From IMG/VR virus record IMGVR_UViG_3300020598_000052, positions 1 to 39,640 of that record: a stretch of 39,640 bases of DNA; one strand, 5' to 3'. Origin of the DNA: a virus. Its lineage: Duplodnaviria; Caudoviricetes. Below are positions 16,794 through 26,589 of the stretch, one piece after another. Within the stretch, counting starts at the first letter, position 1. Each line of letters begins with the position of its first letter. The notes under the pieces were generated by a model. The model worked only from the letters and a program-made list of their open reading frames with translations. It had not been told where the DNA came from and did not search any database. A program made the position numbers and the translations under genes.

Positions 16794-18293
16794 TTAAGCC
16801 GCCGCCTCGGCCGGGTACTGCAGCCGGAACTGGTTGAGCAGCGCGAAGATGCGCAGCTGGTTGACGTAATCGGGCGGGAACAGCACGTTGACCCGGTTGG
16901 CGTTGTCCTGGCTGCGCTCGACCACCAGGTACTGCTCGAACAGCTCGCTGTTCTCGACGATGCCGGCGCGCTCGAGCTCCCTGTAGGCGGCGATCAGCTC
17001 GGCGCGGATGGTCTTGGGCGTGACGATCGCCTGGCCTTCACCGAACTGCGTGCCGTCGTCGGCCAGCTTGTGTCGGCCGAATTTGGACGTGATCCGCTGG
17101 CGAAGGAAACGAATGACATACGCGGTGGTATGCATCGTCTCGCTATCCAGGTACGAGTCGTCCGGCTGGCCGTAGGCGTTGCGCTGATAGGTGGTGATCG
17201 CGCGCTCAATCCGCACGGTGCCATCCGAGGCCGTGGTGGTGGCAATGCCGGACGACAGCAGCGTTTGCCGCTCGTTGAGCATGAAACGCGCACCGGCCGG
17301 CGCGGCGTCGACGCCGACCAGCTCGCCGGTCTGCGTGGGCCGCGCGACATCCGCCGAGATAAAGACCGCCTGGCGCGCGGTAAAGGCGGCAGCGTGCTCC
17401 CACACCGGCGTGGCCACGTCCAGCTCGAAGCCTTCCATGGTCATGTGCGGATCGTTGCGCAGGCGCCCTGCCGCCACCAGCTCGCCCACGGCGCCGCGGA
17501 TCGCGGTATAGCAGTGCCCGTACAGCTGCGCCGACCACGCCCAGCGACCGCTGATGTCGTTCATCCAGAGCGCGAAGGCATCGAGGCTGGCAGTGTCGGT
17601 GAACGGATGGCAGACGAACTCGAACTCCTCGTCGCCGGCCGCGGCCAGCACCACGTCCATGTCCGGGCTGCCGGCGCCGCCGGCCATCGCCGTGGTGGTC
17701 ACGGTCAGGCCCGCCGGCGTACGTTCGCCGTTGACCAGCCCGCCGCGGTTCATCTGCAGCTTGATGTCGTTGCCGGTGGCACCCTTCCACTTGCAGGTCA
17801 CCGTGACCTCGCCGGCCAGCGCCGCCGCCTTGGCCGGCATGTTGAACGCGGCGTTAATCGCGGCGGCGAGCGCGGTGGCGGCCTCTGCAGCCGTCATGCC
17901 GCTGGTCACGGACACCCGCAGCCGGCGCCCGGCCACATAGGCCGACAGCACGCCGGCCTCGGTCGCCGTGCCGGCGATGGCAAACTTGCCGGCCGCCGCG
18001 GCGCCCGCGGTGACCTTGAAGGGCAGGCACCAGATCTGGCCCATCGGGTCGCCCAGGCGGAACTTGGCCAGCATCGCCGCCAGCATGGAGCCGTCGCCGG
18101 CGATCGCCACTGCGTCGGAGATCCGGCTGGTCAGCACCAGCTTGCCGGCCTCGCCGGTCGCGTCGTCGTTCATCTGCCCGATGATCAGCCGGCGCATCGC
18201 GGTCGTGCCGCCACCGGCCTGGGAATTGTCAACCTCGGCGTAGAACAGCGGCACGCGCTGGTCGTTCGGGATCTGATTGAAGCTCACGGGCAT
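16794..18293 (-). CDS. Tail sheath protein (Mu gpL-like)
   Basis: FNQIP...RVPLFYAEVDNS, ARPTQT, IERAITTYQ.NAYG..DDSYLD, PPDYVNQLRIFA motifs. Confidence 0.95.
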   Translation of the reverse strand: MPVSFNQIPNDQRVPLFYAEVDNSQAGGGTTAMRRLIIGQMNDDATGEAGKLVLTSRISDAVAIAGDGSMLAAMLAKFRLGDPMGQIWCLPFKVTAGAAAAGKFAIAGTATEAGVLSAYVAGRRLRVSVTSGMTAAEAATALAAAINAAFNMPAKAAALAGEVTVTCKWKGATGNDIKLQMNRGGLVNGERTPAGLTVTTTAMAGGAGSPDMDVVLAAAGDEEFEFVCHPFTDTASLDAFALWMNDISGRWAWSAQLYGHCYTAIRGAVGELVAAGRLRNDPHMTMEGFELDVATPVWEHAAAFTARQAVFISADVARPTQTGELVGVDAAPAGARFMLNERQTLLSSGIATTTASDGTVRIERAITTYQRNAYGQPDDSYLDSETMHTTAYVIRFLRQRITSKFGRHKLADDGTQFGEGQAIVTPKTIRAELIAAYRELERAGIVENSELFEQYLVVERSQDNANRVNVLFPPDYVNQLRIFALLNQFRLQYPAEAAA

Positions 18294-18517
18294 CACTTCG
18301 CTCCCTTGTCAGCGACGGTAGCCTTGACCGCCTTCGCGGTGTTGGCCGGTGCCGGCGGCTCGCTGGCGATCACGTCGTTGTCCTGAATACGGCGCACCCA
18401 GTACGTCGAGCGCGCCACCAGCCGGCCCGCAGCGGGCAGCTCGTCGCCTCGCTCGGGGTCCAGCACCACGCGGCCCGGGGCGGGCTTCACGTGGACCTGC
18501 TTGCGGTCAGTCGTCAT
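18293..18517 (-). CDS. Mu gp38/DUF2635-like protein
   Basis: VKPAPGRVVLDPE....LPAAG..V..STYWVRRIQDNDV, immediately upstream of the sheath. Confidence 0.85.
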   Translation of the reverse strand: MTTDRKQVHVKPAPGRVVLDPERGDELPAAGRLVARSTYWVRRIQDNDVIASEPPAPANTAKAVKATVADKGAK

Positions 18518-19107
18518 GCGTTTCCTTGGTCAAGCTCCACGCGGAGCACGGTTTCAATCCGGCCGTCCGGGCCGGGCTTACTGAGGTTCGGATCGGCCAT
18601 CGGGTCGATCGCATCGACCTCGATATCGAGGCCAGCCAACGGCGGCAGACCCGCCAGCTCGACTTCCTGGAAGGTCTCGGGGGTATCACCGCCGCCGAGC
18701 GTCCATTCGGACTCGAAGCGGAAGCGGTACAGCACGCGATCGCGGTTGATCAGCAGCAGCTGGCCGCCGGCGTACTCGATCGGCTCGTAGCCGGGCATCG
18801 GCTTCCAGCCGACCAGCGCGCGCAGCAGCTCGGCGCGGATGTCGTGCAACGGGTCGGCGGCGGCCTGGCCACGCTCATCGGTGGTCCTGACGGCCACCAC
18901 CACGTCGAAGGCGTCGACGATCGCCTGCCGGATGACGTTGTCGGACGGGTTCTCACTCGGGTCGTCATCGGTCATGACGACCCAGGCCGATGGCATCGGC
19001 AGTTGCACGCTGTCGCGCATTACCTCGAACTCGAGGCCTCCGGCCACGTTCTTGCCAAAGGTCGGGCACCACGCGCGCAGCTGGCGGATAAGGGGCGAGA
19101 TCTTCAT
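18514..19107 (-). CDS. Tail terminator/completion protein (Mu gp37-like position)
   Basis: MKISPLIRQLR..CPTF...VAG and LLRALVGWKP motifs; synteny. Confidence 0.8.
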   Translation of the reverse strand: MKISPLIRQLRAWCPTFGKNVAGGLEFEVMRDSVQLPMPSAWVVMTDDDPSENPSDNVIRQAIVDAFDVVVAVRTTDERGQAAADPLHDIRAELLRALVGWKPMPGYEPIEYAGGQLLLINRDRVLYRFRFESEWTLGGGDTPETFQEVELAGLPPLAGLDIEVDAIDPMADPNLSKPGPDGRIETVLRVELDQGNA

Positions 19108-19113
19108 GGGCGT

Positions 19114-19138
19114 AAAAAAGCCCCGCACATGGCGGGGC
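19114..19138 (-). terminator. Intrinsic terminator-like hairpin within the late operon
   Basis: GCCCCGC-CATGT-GCGGGGC followed by T6. Confidence 0.7.
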
Positions 19139-19159
19139 AGTAGTGAGTGGCAGATCGGC

Positions 19160-19633
19160 TCAGCGCACGCGCAGGCCGGCGGCCAGCGCCGCGCCCAAAA
19201 TGCTGCGCACTTCGGCGGCACGGTTCTGCAGGGCATCCGCCGGATAGTTCTCGCGCGGCTCGATTCGCCACGGGCCTGCTGGCTGGGCCTTATGGTCCTT
19301 GCGACGGCGCGCGCCCCTCCGCACGCCGTAATGGAGATAAACGAAGTACGGATCGCTGGCCGGCACGTCGCCGCCAGTCTTCGGCTCGATCTTCACCAGG
19401 AAGCCGGAACGACTCACCCGCGCCCGGATCGACCGAGCCAGGCGCCCCGTGCCTTTGCCGGGATACTCGCCGGGCCTGGATACCCGCCGGCGCGAGACCA
19501 GACGCCGCGCTTCCTTGGTAACGACCGAGCCCGCCCTTCGCATGCCGCGCCGGATCTGCGCCTTGTCGAAGTCCAAATTTCGGTCGAACCCCTCGAACCC
19601 TTCGATGTGCATATAGAAGCCGCTACGCTTCAT
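19160..19633 (-). CDS. Neck/tail completion protein (HK97 gp10-like position)
   Basis: Basic protein with SRPGEYP..GTGRLARSI and YLHYG motifs; GAGGAG SD; synteny. Confidence 0.75.
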   Translation of the reverse strand: MKRSGFYMHIEGFEGFDRNLDFDKAQIRRGMRRAGSVVTKEARRLVSRRRVSRPGEYPGKGTGRLARSIRARVSRSGFLVKIEPKTGGDVPASDPYFVYLHYGVRRGARRRKDHKAQPAGPWRIEPRENYPADALQNRAAEVRSILGAALAAGLRVR

Positions 19634-19958
19634 CGCCAAGCTCCTCCACTTCCAGCACGGTGAAGCGCCCCGCCCCTTGCAGATCGGTCACGCGTTTGAC
19701 GCGATAGACACGGCCAGCGCAGACCACCTCATGGGCGTTCGTGATCCCGGCGATCGCGCGCAGATACACGCGATGCGTGATAGCCGCATCGATCTGCACG
19801 CTGCCGGTGTAGACAGCCGAACCCACCGGCTCCAGCTTTGCCCAGCGTTGCACCTGGCCGTCGAAGGCCGGCAGAACGCCAAGGTCATCGGTAGGCAGGT
19901 CGGTGCGACGACGCAGCGTCACCCGGCGATTCAGCTGCCCGATATGCGGGAAGTTCAT
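19623..19958 (-). CDS. Head closure/head-tail adaptor (SPP1 gp16-like)
   Basis: IGQLNRRVTL...WAKLEP...THRVYLR pattern. Confidence 0.85.
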   Translation of the reverse strand: MNFPHIGQLNRRVTLRRRTDLPTDDLGVLPAFDGQVQRWAKLEPVGSAVYTGSVQIDAAITHRVYLRAIAGITNAHEVVCAGRVYRVKRVTDLQGAGRFTVLEVEELGDEA

Positions 19959-20456
19959 TCAGCACCTCGGCACGATGAAAGGGTCGAGCAGTCCATCGAC
20001 AAAGTCGCGCGGCGGCTCCAGCTGCGTGCCAACGCCGGCCGCGGCCACTAGACTCTGACGGTTCTCGAGGTAGTAGCCCAGCCGCTGCAGGATCCACATC
20101 TTGATGGCCGACGGCACGTCGTCGGCGCCGCCGAATCCGCACTTGACCTCCAGCTCGCCATCAGATGACGCCACCACCTCCGCCGGCAGGCCGGCCGAAT
20201 GCGGCACCACCTCCCCGCCCTGCCTGACCTCCTGCACGGGCATCAGCCCGTGAAGCGCGACGCGCTGGCCGGCCGTCACGGGAACGGCCCAGGTCTGCGT
20301 GAGTAGCCGGCGGCCGGTGGTGTGCTCAGCCTTCTCGCGGGCGGCCTGGAGGCAGAGCGCGACGATCTCGTCGGGCTCTGCCTCGTCCACCCGCGCCCAT
20401 CGCCGCGCTGCCTCGAGGCTGATCGGCTCGCCCTGCGGCGGTGTGATCAGCCGCAT
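19959..20456 (-). CDS. Head-tail connector (HK97 gp6-like)
   Basis: EPISLEAAR..ARVD, AAREKAEHTTGR.L.TQTW, VPSAIKMWIL...YYLENR motifs. Confidence 0.88.
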   Translation of the reverse strand: MRLITPPQGEPISLEAARRWARVDEAEPDEIVALCLQAAREKAEHTTGRRLLTQTWAVPVTAGQRVALHGLMPVQEVRQGGEVVPHSAGLPAEVVASSDGELEVKCGFGGADDVPSAIKMWILQRLGYYLENRQSLVAAAGVGTQLEPPRDFVDGLLDPFIVPRC

Positions 20457-20459
20457 GGT

Positions 20460-20675
20460 TTAGGCCTCCGGCGCGCCGGTCGCCGTCTCGTCCTTGCTGC
20501 CGCCGGCACTGGCATCGGTTTCGGTGGTGGCGGCGCCCTTCTTGCCGGCCTTGCCCGCGTTCACGTACTCGGCCTTCTTGGCGTCGACATAGGACTTGGC
20601 CACCTCGTCGGGGAAGCCGGCGGTTTCGTTCGGCTGGTACGGCGAAACCCGCGCCAGGAATTTGATGATCTTCAT
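20460..20675 (-). CDS. Small hypothetical protein after the capsid gene
   Basis: 71-aa ORF in operon position, YQPNETAGF..EVAK pattern, SD present. Confidence 0.75.
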   Translation of the reverse strand: MKIIKFLARVSPYQPNETAGFPDEVAKSYVDAKKAEYVNAGKAGKKGAATTETDASAGGSKDETATGAPEA

Positions 20676-20746
20676 GCTCGATCCTTGATATGAGCGTCAG
20701 AATGCAGCGGCCGAGCTCGCCCGGCCGCCATGCAGAGGCGGCCGGC

Positions 20747-22018
20747 TTACGGCTGCCACTTCACGTCGGTCAGCACCGCGACGGACGGGACGTGGCGCAT
20801 ACCGAAGTCGTGCTCGGTGATGGCACGCACCAGCGTCTCGTCGCGGCTGAACGCCGACACCAGCTGGCCGTTGGACATGTAGCTGCCTTCCTTCGAGATA
20901 TCGATGATCAGGCCGGTGGCCTCGCCGATGATGGCGTCGTTGAAGTCGACCAGATAGATCTCCGAGGCATCGCCGCCAACCCCGAGGTTGTCGGGGATGC
21001 TGGTGGTCACGGCATACGGCTTGTTGCGCAGCTGACCGGCGGCGATCTCCGGGAACACATGGTTGCCGTTGCCATCGACCAGGTTCTGCAGGAACACCAG
21101 CGTACGCGGCGACATGATCCAGCCCGGCTTGAGCATCTTGACGTTGCCGTTCAGAAGCGCCAGTTCGAGCTTGCCCAGGTCGTTCTTGACGTTCTGCACA
21201 GTGATCGTGGCATTGGCCGGAATCAGCGCCCCGGCCGCCGCCTGGTAGCGCAAGCCGATCGGCGTATCTTCGGTGCCGTCGTCGCGGATGAAAGCCTGGT
21301 CCTCGCGCGTGCCGATGCCCTGCACGACGTCGTCGCGCACCAGGTCGTTCGCGTTCGGCGAGCTGAAGCGGATCAGGTCGTTGGAAACCGGCACGAGCGC
21401 CACCAGCTTCTTCTTGGACAGCTTCAGCGGCCCGAACGCCGGCTGGCTGGACGGAATGTCGGTGCCCTCGGTCACGTAGCTCGCGCTCGAGCCCGCGGTA
21501 TGGCGCGACATCGTCAGCGTGCCGGCCGGCATCGGAATGGTCCGGGCGCCCATCTTGCGGACCACGCTGGCCGGTCGCAACAGCTCGATCACCTCGGGCA
21601 CATAGCCAGGCGGCACGATGAAGCCGCCAGCCGAGCCGGTGCCGGTGTTCAGCGCCGCGGCGATGTCCGGCGCGCCGCAGTGCGTTTCCGCGAAGTGCGC
21701 CGCGGCGCGCGGGTCGCCGCCGGCCGACACCAGCGAGCGCACGATGATGCCGAGCGCCTCACCCGCCTGGCGGCCCGCCTGCTTGGGCTGCGCCGGCAGC
21801 GAGCCGCTCAGGGGCTTTGCGACGGCGGCGGCCATGCGCTCGGCGGCTTGGAGGCGGTCGATCTGTGCGGTCAGGGTGTCGAACTGCGCCTCGAGCTTGC
21901 CGAACTCGGTCACTTCCTCGGCGGACAGCGCGGAGCCGCCCTTTTCCTTGTCAGCCAAGGCAGCGATCGCTGCCTGCACGCCCGCACGCTCCTGCAGCAG
22001 GGTCATCAAGTCTTTCAT
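20747..22018 (-). CDS. Major capsid protein, HK97 fold, with N-terminal delta domain
   Basis: Coiled-coil N-terminus, GGFIVPP..VPEVIELLRP, KKLVALVPVSNDLI, DQAFIRDDG motifs. AAGGA SD. Confidence 0.95.
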   Translation of the reverse strand: MKDLMTLLQERAGVQAAIAALADKEKGGSALSAEEVTEFGKLEAQFDTLTAQIDRLQAAERMAAAVAKPLSGSLPAQPKQAGRQAGEALGIIVRSLVSAGGDPRAAAHFAETHCGAPDIAAALNTGTGSAGGFIVPPGYVPEVIELLRPASVVRKMGARTIPMPAGTLTMSRHTAGSSASYVTEGTDIPSSQPAFGPLKLSKKKLVALVPVSNDLIRFSSPNANDLVRDDVVQGIGTREDQAFIRDDGTEDTPIGLRYQAAAGALIPANATITVQNVKNDLGKLELALLNGNVKMLKPGWIMSPRTLVFLQNLVDGNGNHVFPEIAAGQLRNKPYAVTTSIPDNLGVGGDASEIYLVDFNDAIIGEATGLIIDISKEGSYMSNGQLVSAFSRDETLVRAITEHDFGMRHVPSVAVLTDVKWQP

Positions 22019-22045
22019 GCTGGTTCCTTCTCGGATGTCGAAATG

Positions 22046-22071
22046 AAAAAAGGCCGCCAGATCGGCGGCCT
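22046..22071 (-). terminator. Terminator-like hairpin between protease and capsid genes
   Basis: GGCCGCC-GATCT-GGCGGCC followed by T6. Confidence 0.7.
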
Positions 22072-22093
22072 CGGATACCCCATGCGGGGAGGT

Positions 22094-23038
22094 TCAGACC
22101 ATGCGCACGCGCATGGCGGTCGCGGCGCGCAGGTAGCGGCCGGTCGAAGCGGTCGGCGCGGGCTGGTAGCGCGCCACGATCTCGCGCAGCGCGTCGCGCG
22201 GCGCCATCACCTTGTCAGCCAGCGCCACCGTCACGCCGGCAGCACCCATGAAGGTGCCCGCCTCGGTGCCGCGCACCGCGTCGGTAGACACGCCGCGATT
22301 ACGGGCCACCGTCTCCACGAACAGGCCGTAGATCCGATCGACTTCGGCCTGAAGGCTGGCGCGCGCATCGTCGGACAGCGGCGCATCCGGATTGCCGTCG
22401 ACCTTGCGGGCGCCGGCGTGGATGTAGGTCACCTTGACGCCGGCGCGCTCGTTGAGGGCGCTGCGGTCCATGTGGGCGGCGACGACGCCGATGCTGCCCA
22501 CGCCGCCGGTGCGCGAGACGATGATCTCCTCGGCCGCGCTGGCGATCGCGTAGGCGGCCGAGTAGGCGCGGTCGTCCACGATCGCGGTGATCGGCTTGAC
22601 GCCGCGCGCGCGATAGATCTCGTCGGCGAAGTCAAAGGCCCCGTTGACCGAGCCGCCCGGCGAGTTGATGTTGAGCACGATGTGGCCGACATCCGGGTCG
22701 TTGACCATGCCGGCGAAATTGGCCGACAGCTGCGCGTAGCTGGTCAGGCCGGACATCGCGTCCATGCTGGAGGCGCGATGCACGAGCGTGCCGCTCACGT
22801 CGAGCACGCCGACGCCGCGGCCGGCGTCCGCCCAGGCCTTGCCGCGGGAGGCCTCGACATCGGTGGCGCCCTTGACCGGGTCGTCGTTGTCGTGCCACGC
22901 GCCAAGACCGTGAGCGCGAAGACCCTCGATGGTCAGGCCCATGCGATCGCCCAGCACCGCCAGGATGATGTCGAGCTTGCCGGGGTCGATCATGTGCGCC
23001 TGGCCGAAGACCAGCGAGGCGAGAAGCGGATACTTCAT
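22094..23038 (-). CDS. Head maturation protease, S49 (SppA/ClpP-like) family
   Basis: LNINSPGG, AYSAAYAIAS and VGSIGV motifs. Start at the ATGA overlap with the portal stop. Confidence 0.93.
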   Translation of the reverse strand: MKYPLLASLVFGQAHMIDPGKLDIILAVLGDRMGLTIEGLRAHGLGAWHDNDDPVKGATDVEASRGKAWADAGRGVGVLDVSGTLVHRASSMDAMSGLTSYAQLSANFAGMVNDPDVGHIVLNINSPGGSVNGAFDFADEIYRARGVKPITAIVDDRAYSAAYAIASAAEEIIVSRTGGVGSIGVVAAHMDRSALNERAGVKVTYIHAGARKVDGNPDAPLSDDARASLQAEVDRIYGLFVETVARNRGVSTDAVRGTEAGTFMGAAGVTVALADKVMAPRDALREIVARYQPAPTASTGRYLRAATAMRVRMV

Positions 23039-24285
23039 GCGGCGTTTCCTCCTTTGACCTGCCGCGGGACATCGACCGGCGCCATGTTCAGCGGCGCCCA
23101 GAACTGGTCGCCGCCGTCGTAGGCGTCGCGGTCCTCCATATCCCGGCATTCATTGGCGTTGAGAATCCGCGCCTCCACGCCCATCTTGTAGGCCTCGAAA
23201 CGCGATTTGATGTCGCCACGCAGCAAAGCGTCGACGTTGAACTTGATGTAGATGCCCAGCTCTCGCTCGCGGCCGGAAAGCAGTGTCAGGTTCAGGCGCT
23301 GCTCCCAGCGCTTGATCCAGGGCGACAGCGTGTACTTGACGAACTCGAGCGACTGCTGCTCGATGTTGCTGAACGTCGCGCGCTCCAGATCGGCCAGCAT
23401 GTGAGGCGGCACGCGAAACAACCGCGCAATCTCGCTGATGCTGAATCGCCGCGTCTCGATGAACTGAAGGTCGGCCATCGAGACCCGCAGGGTATGCAGC
23501 TTGGTGCCGCCGGAGATAACGGGTGGACCGCGGCGGCGATCCGACGTGAGTTCCACCCATTGCTTGCGGTAGGTGTCGCGCTGGTCCTTGCCGGCTTTCT
23601 CGGCAACCTCGAGCACCACCGGCGGCACGAAGCCCTCGGCGAAGGCCTCGCCGCTGAGCTGCTCGGCCGCGAGCGCATTGCCGATGGTCTCGCGCGCCAG
23701 CGCAATCGGCGCCAGCCCGACCAGGCCGTCCAGCGAGAAGCCGCGCACGTGCAGCACCTGGCGCGCCGGGATGTTGTGCTCGCCGTCGATGTCGTAGACG
23801 AACAGGTTGCGATCCCGGTCATAACGCACCATCACCTTGTCGGGATGCTGCGGATACAGCCCCTCGATCTCGCCCTTGCCATTGCCCTCGATGAAGGCGT
23901 AGGCATTGCCCCGCAGGCACAGATGCGCCTGCCCCATCTCGAAGAACTCGAACGCCGTATTGTTCGGGTTCGGCGAGTCGTGCAGCAAGCCGACCAGGTT
24001 GTGCTGTTGCACACGGGTTCGGCGGCCGTCCTTGAACTGGAAGACGCTGATCGGCAGGCTGGCCATGGACTCGGCCAGGATTCGCGTTGCCGCGTACACC
24101 GCCGAGACGCGCAGCGCCGAATCCGGGCTCACGTACTGGCCGGCGCGGGTCTTGCCGCCGCCGAACAGTCGCACCAGCCATGGCTCAGCCGGCGCCGTGC
24201 CGCTGGTCGGCGATACTTGCGCGCTCGCAATCAGCGGCGAGCGGAATGCCGCGGCCGCCGCGCCAAGTCGTTGAAACAGGCTCAT
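23035..24285 (-). CDS. Portal protein, HK97 family
   Basis: ALRVSAVYA, LRGNAY, DLQFIETRRFSISEIARLFRVPPH, FSNIEQQ motifs. Confidence 0.95.
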   Translation of the reverse strand: MSLFQRLGAAAAAFRSPLIASAQVSPTSGTAPAEPWLVRLFGGGKTRAGQYVSPDSALRVSAVYAATRILAESMASLPISVFQFKDGRRTRVQQHNLVGLLHDSPNPNNTAFEFFEMGQAHLCLRGNAYAFIEGNGKGEIEGLYPQHPDKVMVRYDRDRNLFVYDIDGEHNIPARQVLHVRGFSLDGLVGLAPIALARETIGNALAAEQLSGEAFAEGFVPPVVLEVAEKAGKDQRDTYRKQWVELTSDRRRGPPVISGGTKLHTLRVSMADLQFIETRRFSISEIARLFRVPPHMLADLERATFSNIEQQSLEFVKYTLSPWIKRWEQRLNLTLLSGRERELGIYIKFNVDALLRGDIKSRFEAYKMGVEARILNANECRDMEDRDAYDGGDQFWAPLNMAPVDVPRQVKGGNAA

Positions 24286-24286
24286 A

Positions 24287-26149
24287 TCAGATCCCATCGG
24301 GCGCTCCGCCGTCGCCACCTACCGCGGCACGGCTGAACGCCATGATCGTTGCCACCGCCGGATCGATCCGGCCGCGGCCCTTGGACTTCTTCTTGTCCGG
24401 TCGGAAATTGCCGTTGGTGTCGTACAGCAGCGAGACGTTCGAGACCGCCCAGCGCAGCACCGCGTTGCCACCGTGGCGCATGCGCTTGGCGTAGACGACC
24501 TCCTCGAACTTCTTGGCGCCCGGGTACATCCCGCCGGTGTTCTGCGGCACCGCGACCATCGGCACGTCGTGCTCCTGCAGCTCGTTGGCTAGCTGCGTTG
24601 CGTTCCAGATGTCGAATCCGACCTCGACCACGTCATACAGCCGGCATGCCTCCAGCACCTTGGCTTTGACCGGCCGGTAGTCGGTGACGCTGCCCTCGGT
24701 GGCGATCAGCGAACCTTCCTTGACCCAGCGCTTGTAGCTGGCGCGATCGTCAGCCTCCTGCGTGTCGACCTTCTCCTGCGGACACCAAGTCCAGACCAGC
24801 ACGTACCACTCGCCGTCCGGCTCGTCATCAGGCGGCGGGAACACCAGCGCGAACGCGGTCAAGTCTTGCGTGGACGACAGGTCCAGCCCGCCGTAGCAGC
24901 GGCGCCCGCGCAGGATGGCCGGGTCGAAGCGTTTGGCGCCCTTGTCCCACACCGCCGGCTCGATCCATCCCTCTGCCGAGTTGACCCAGAGGTTCAGATC
25001 CTTGGTCATGAAGTTGGTGCGCGCACTGGGCAGCGCCGCCGCCTTGCGAGCCATGTCCCGCATGTAGTCCCAGCGCTTGGACATGCCCAGGCCGGGATTC
25101 GCCTTCGGCCAGACCGCTTCGTCGAACGGGTCGTCGCCGTCGTCCAGCGTGTAGACGTAGCCGAAGAACGCATCGTCGTCGCGCTCGCCCTTCAGCACCT
25201 CGATCAGGTAGCGGCGCATGTCGGTGCACACGCCGTCCAGGATGAAGCCCGCCGTGGTGATAGCCGACAGCAGCGGCTGCTCGCGCGCGCCTAGCGCGGA
25301 CTCCATCACCTCCCACACATCGGCGGACTTCTGCGCGTGCAGCTCATCAAAAAGGATGGCGTGCGGGTTCAAGCCATCGAGCGATTCGGCATTCGCCGGC
25401 AGCGGCTTGAACACCGAACTGTCGAAGGCGACCTTCTCCTGGTTGACGCCCTCGTGGATGGTGAAGGACCGCTTGACGCCACGCGAGCGCCGCGACCAGC
25501 GCCGGATGTTGTCGAAGGCCGGCTTGAACACCGACATCGCCTGCTCGCGCGTCGTCGCCACCGCGTAGACTTCCGCGCCGACCTCCTGATCCATCATGAA
25601 CAGGTACGCGCCCTGCGGTCCTTTCCAGGTGCTCTTGCCGTTCTTGCGGGCGACCTCTTCATAGCCGCGCTTGAAGCGCCGCAGGCCTTCGTCGGTTTTC
25701 CAACCGTAAAGGACAGCGGTCCAGAACTTCTGCCACGGGTCGAGCAGGATCGGTTGGCCGGCCAGCGTGCCCTTGATATGGACGAAGAAGGTCTCGATGA
25801 AGCGGATCACGTGCCAGGCGGCATCGGGATCGAACCACAGGCCGCGCTTGTGACCGTCGGCCAGGTCGCGGTAGTGGCGCTCGACGGCCAGGTACACGTA
25901 TTCGCCGACGACGATATCGCCGCGCAGCACCGGCAAGCCGTAGTGGATGTCCCACTCGCGCAGCTCGCCGGCCGCCGCCGTCAGACGGTCGACGTGCTTT
26001 TTTGTCCGGCGGGCCTTCGCGCGGCGTTGCGTTCGGCGGTTGCGTGCGCCAGCAGGTCCCCGAACAGATCGTCCTGCTGTCCCTCGTCGCCCAGCTTCGC
26101 CCGGGCCATCACCGAGGACGGCAGCGTCAGGCAGCTCTCTGGCAACCAT
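24287..26149 (-). CDS. terL: Terminase large subunit
   Basis: Walker A VARKNGKS, Walker B ILFDELH, ITTAG, GLDLS and IDPAVA nuclease motifs. Start uncertain; ATG 26149 chosen because AAGGAG lies 8 nt upstream. Confidence 0.93.
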   Translation of the reverse strand: MVARELPDAAVLGDGPGEAGRRGTAGRSVRGPAGARNRRTQRRAKARRTKKHVDRLTAAAGELREWDIHYGLPVLRGDIVVGEYVYLAVERHYRDLADGHKRGLWFDPDAAWHVIRFIETFFVHIKGTLAGQPILLDPWQKFWTAVLYGWKTDEGLRRFKRGYEEVARKNGKSTWKGPQGAYLFMMDQEVGAEVYAVATTREQAMSVFKPAFDNIRRWSRRSRGVKRSFTIHEGVNQEKVAFDSSVFKPLPANAESLDGLNPHAILFDELHAQKSADVWEVMESALGAREQPLLSAITTAGFILDGVCTDMRRYLIEVLKGERDDDAFFGYVYTLDDGDDPFDEAVWPKANPGLGMSKRWDYMRDMARKAAALPSARTNFMTKDLNLWVNSAEGWIEPAVWDKGAKRFDPAILRGRRCYGGLDLSSTQDLTAFALVFPPPDDEPDGEWYVLVWTWCPQEKVDTQEADDRASYKRWVKEGSLIATEGSVTDYRPVKAKVLEACRLYDVVEVGFDIWNATQLANELQEHDVPMVAVPQNTGGMYPGAKKFEEVVYAKRMRHGGNAVLRWAVSNVSLLYDTNGNFRPDKKKSKGRGRIDPAVATIMAFSRAAVGGDGGAPDGI

Positions 26150-26514
26150 GTGAGCAGCTCCTTTTTCAGGCTCGCCGCCGCGTAGAACAGCTGGTGCGGC
26201 TGATCGAATCCCGTCTTGGTCTTGATGAAGTAAGTGCCGCCGTTCGACGCTTCGAAGTTCTGCAGCTCGAGCTCGGTGTTGACCCAGCGGATGAAGGTCT
26301 TGCACACGACGGCGATCGCGAGGCCGGCAGTCAGGTGCGGCAAGCCCGAATCGCGCAGCGCGGCGCAGATGTAATCCCAGACCTTGCGCTCACGCGGGCT
26401 CAGCTGCGTGCCAGGCGGTGGCGCCGGCGAGCGCAGTTGCTTATCACCGGCACCGGACGGCGGCGGCGGCATTTGTGCATCGCCACCGGGCAATTCGGTG
26501 TCATTCAGGCCCAT
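25981..26514 (-). CDS. terS: Terminase small subunit (P27-like)
   Basis: PPP..LS.RERKVWD, G.....PH and LTLPS motifs; lies between HNH/cos and terL. GGAG SD before ATG 26514. Confidence 0.82.
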   Translation of the reverse strand: MGLNDTELPGGDAQMPPPPSGAGDKQLRSPAPPPGTQLSPRERKVWDYICAALRDSGLPHLTAGLAIAVVCKTFIRWVNTELELQNFEASNGGTYFIKTKTGFDQPHQLFYAAASLKKELLTWLPESCLTLPSSVMARAKLGDEGQQDDLFGDLLAHATAERNAARRPAGQKSTSTV

Positions 26515-26589
26515 AGAAGGCTCCATTCCATGCGAGCCACCCAAAACGGTCCCCGACCGTCTTTCAGGCTCCCTATGAGGCGGATTCTT

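Noticed and set aside
16302-23122. Very long plus-strand ORFs (694 aa, 810 aa and similar elsewhere)
   Set aside because: Antisense shadows of GC3-rich structural genes, with no motifs.
26150-26305. ORF-track start of terL at 26305
   Set aside because: No SD and an even longer overlap with terS; ATG 26149 has a clear SD.
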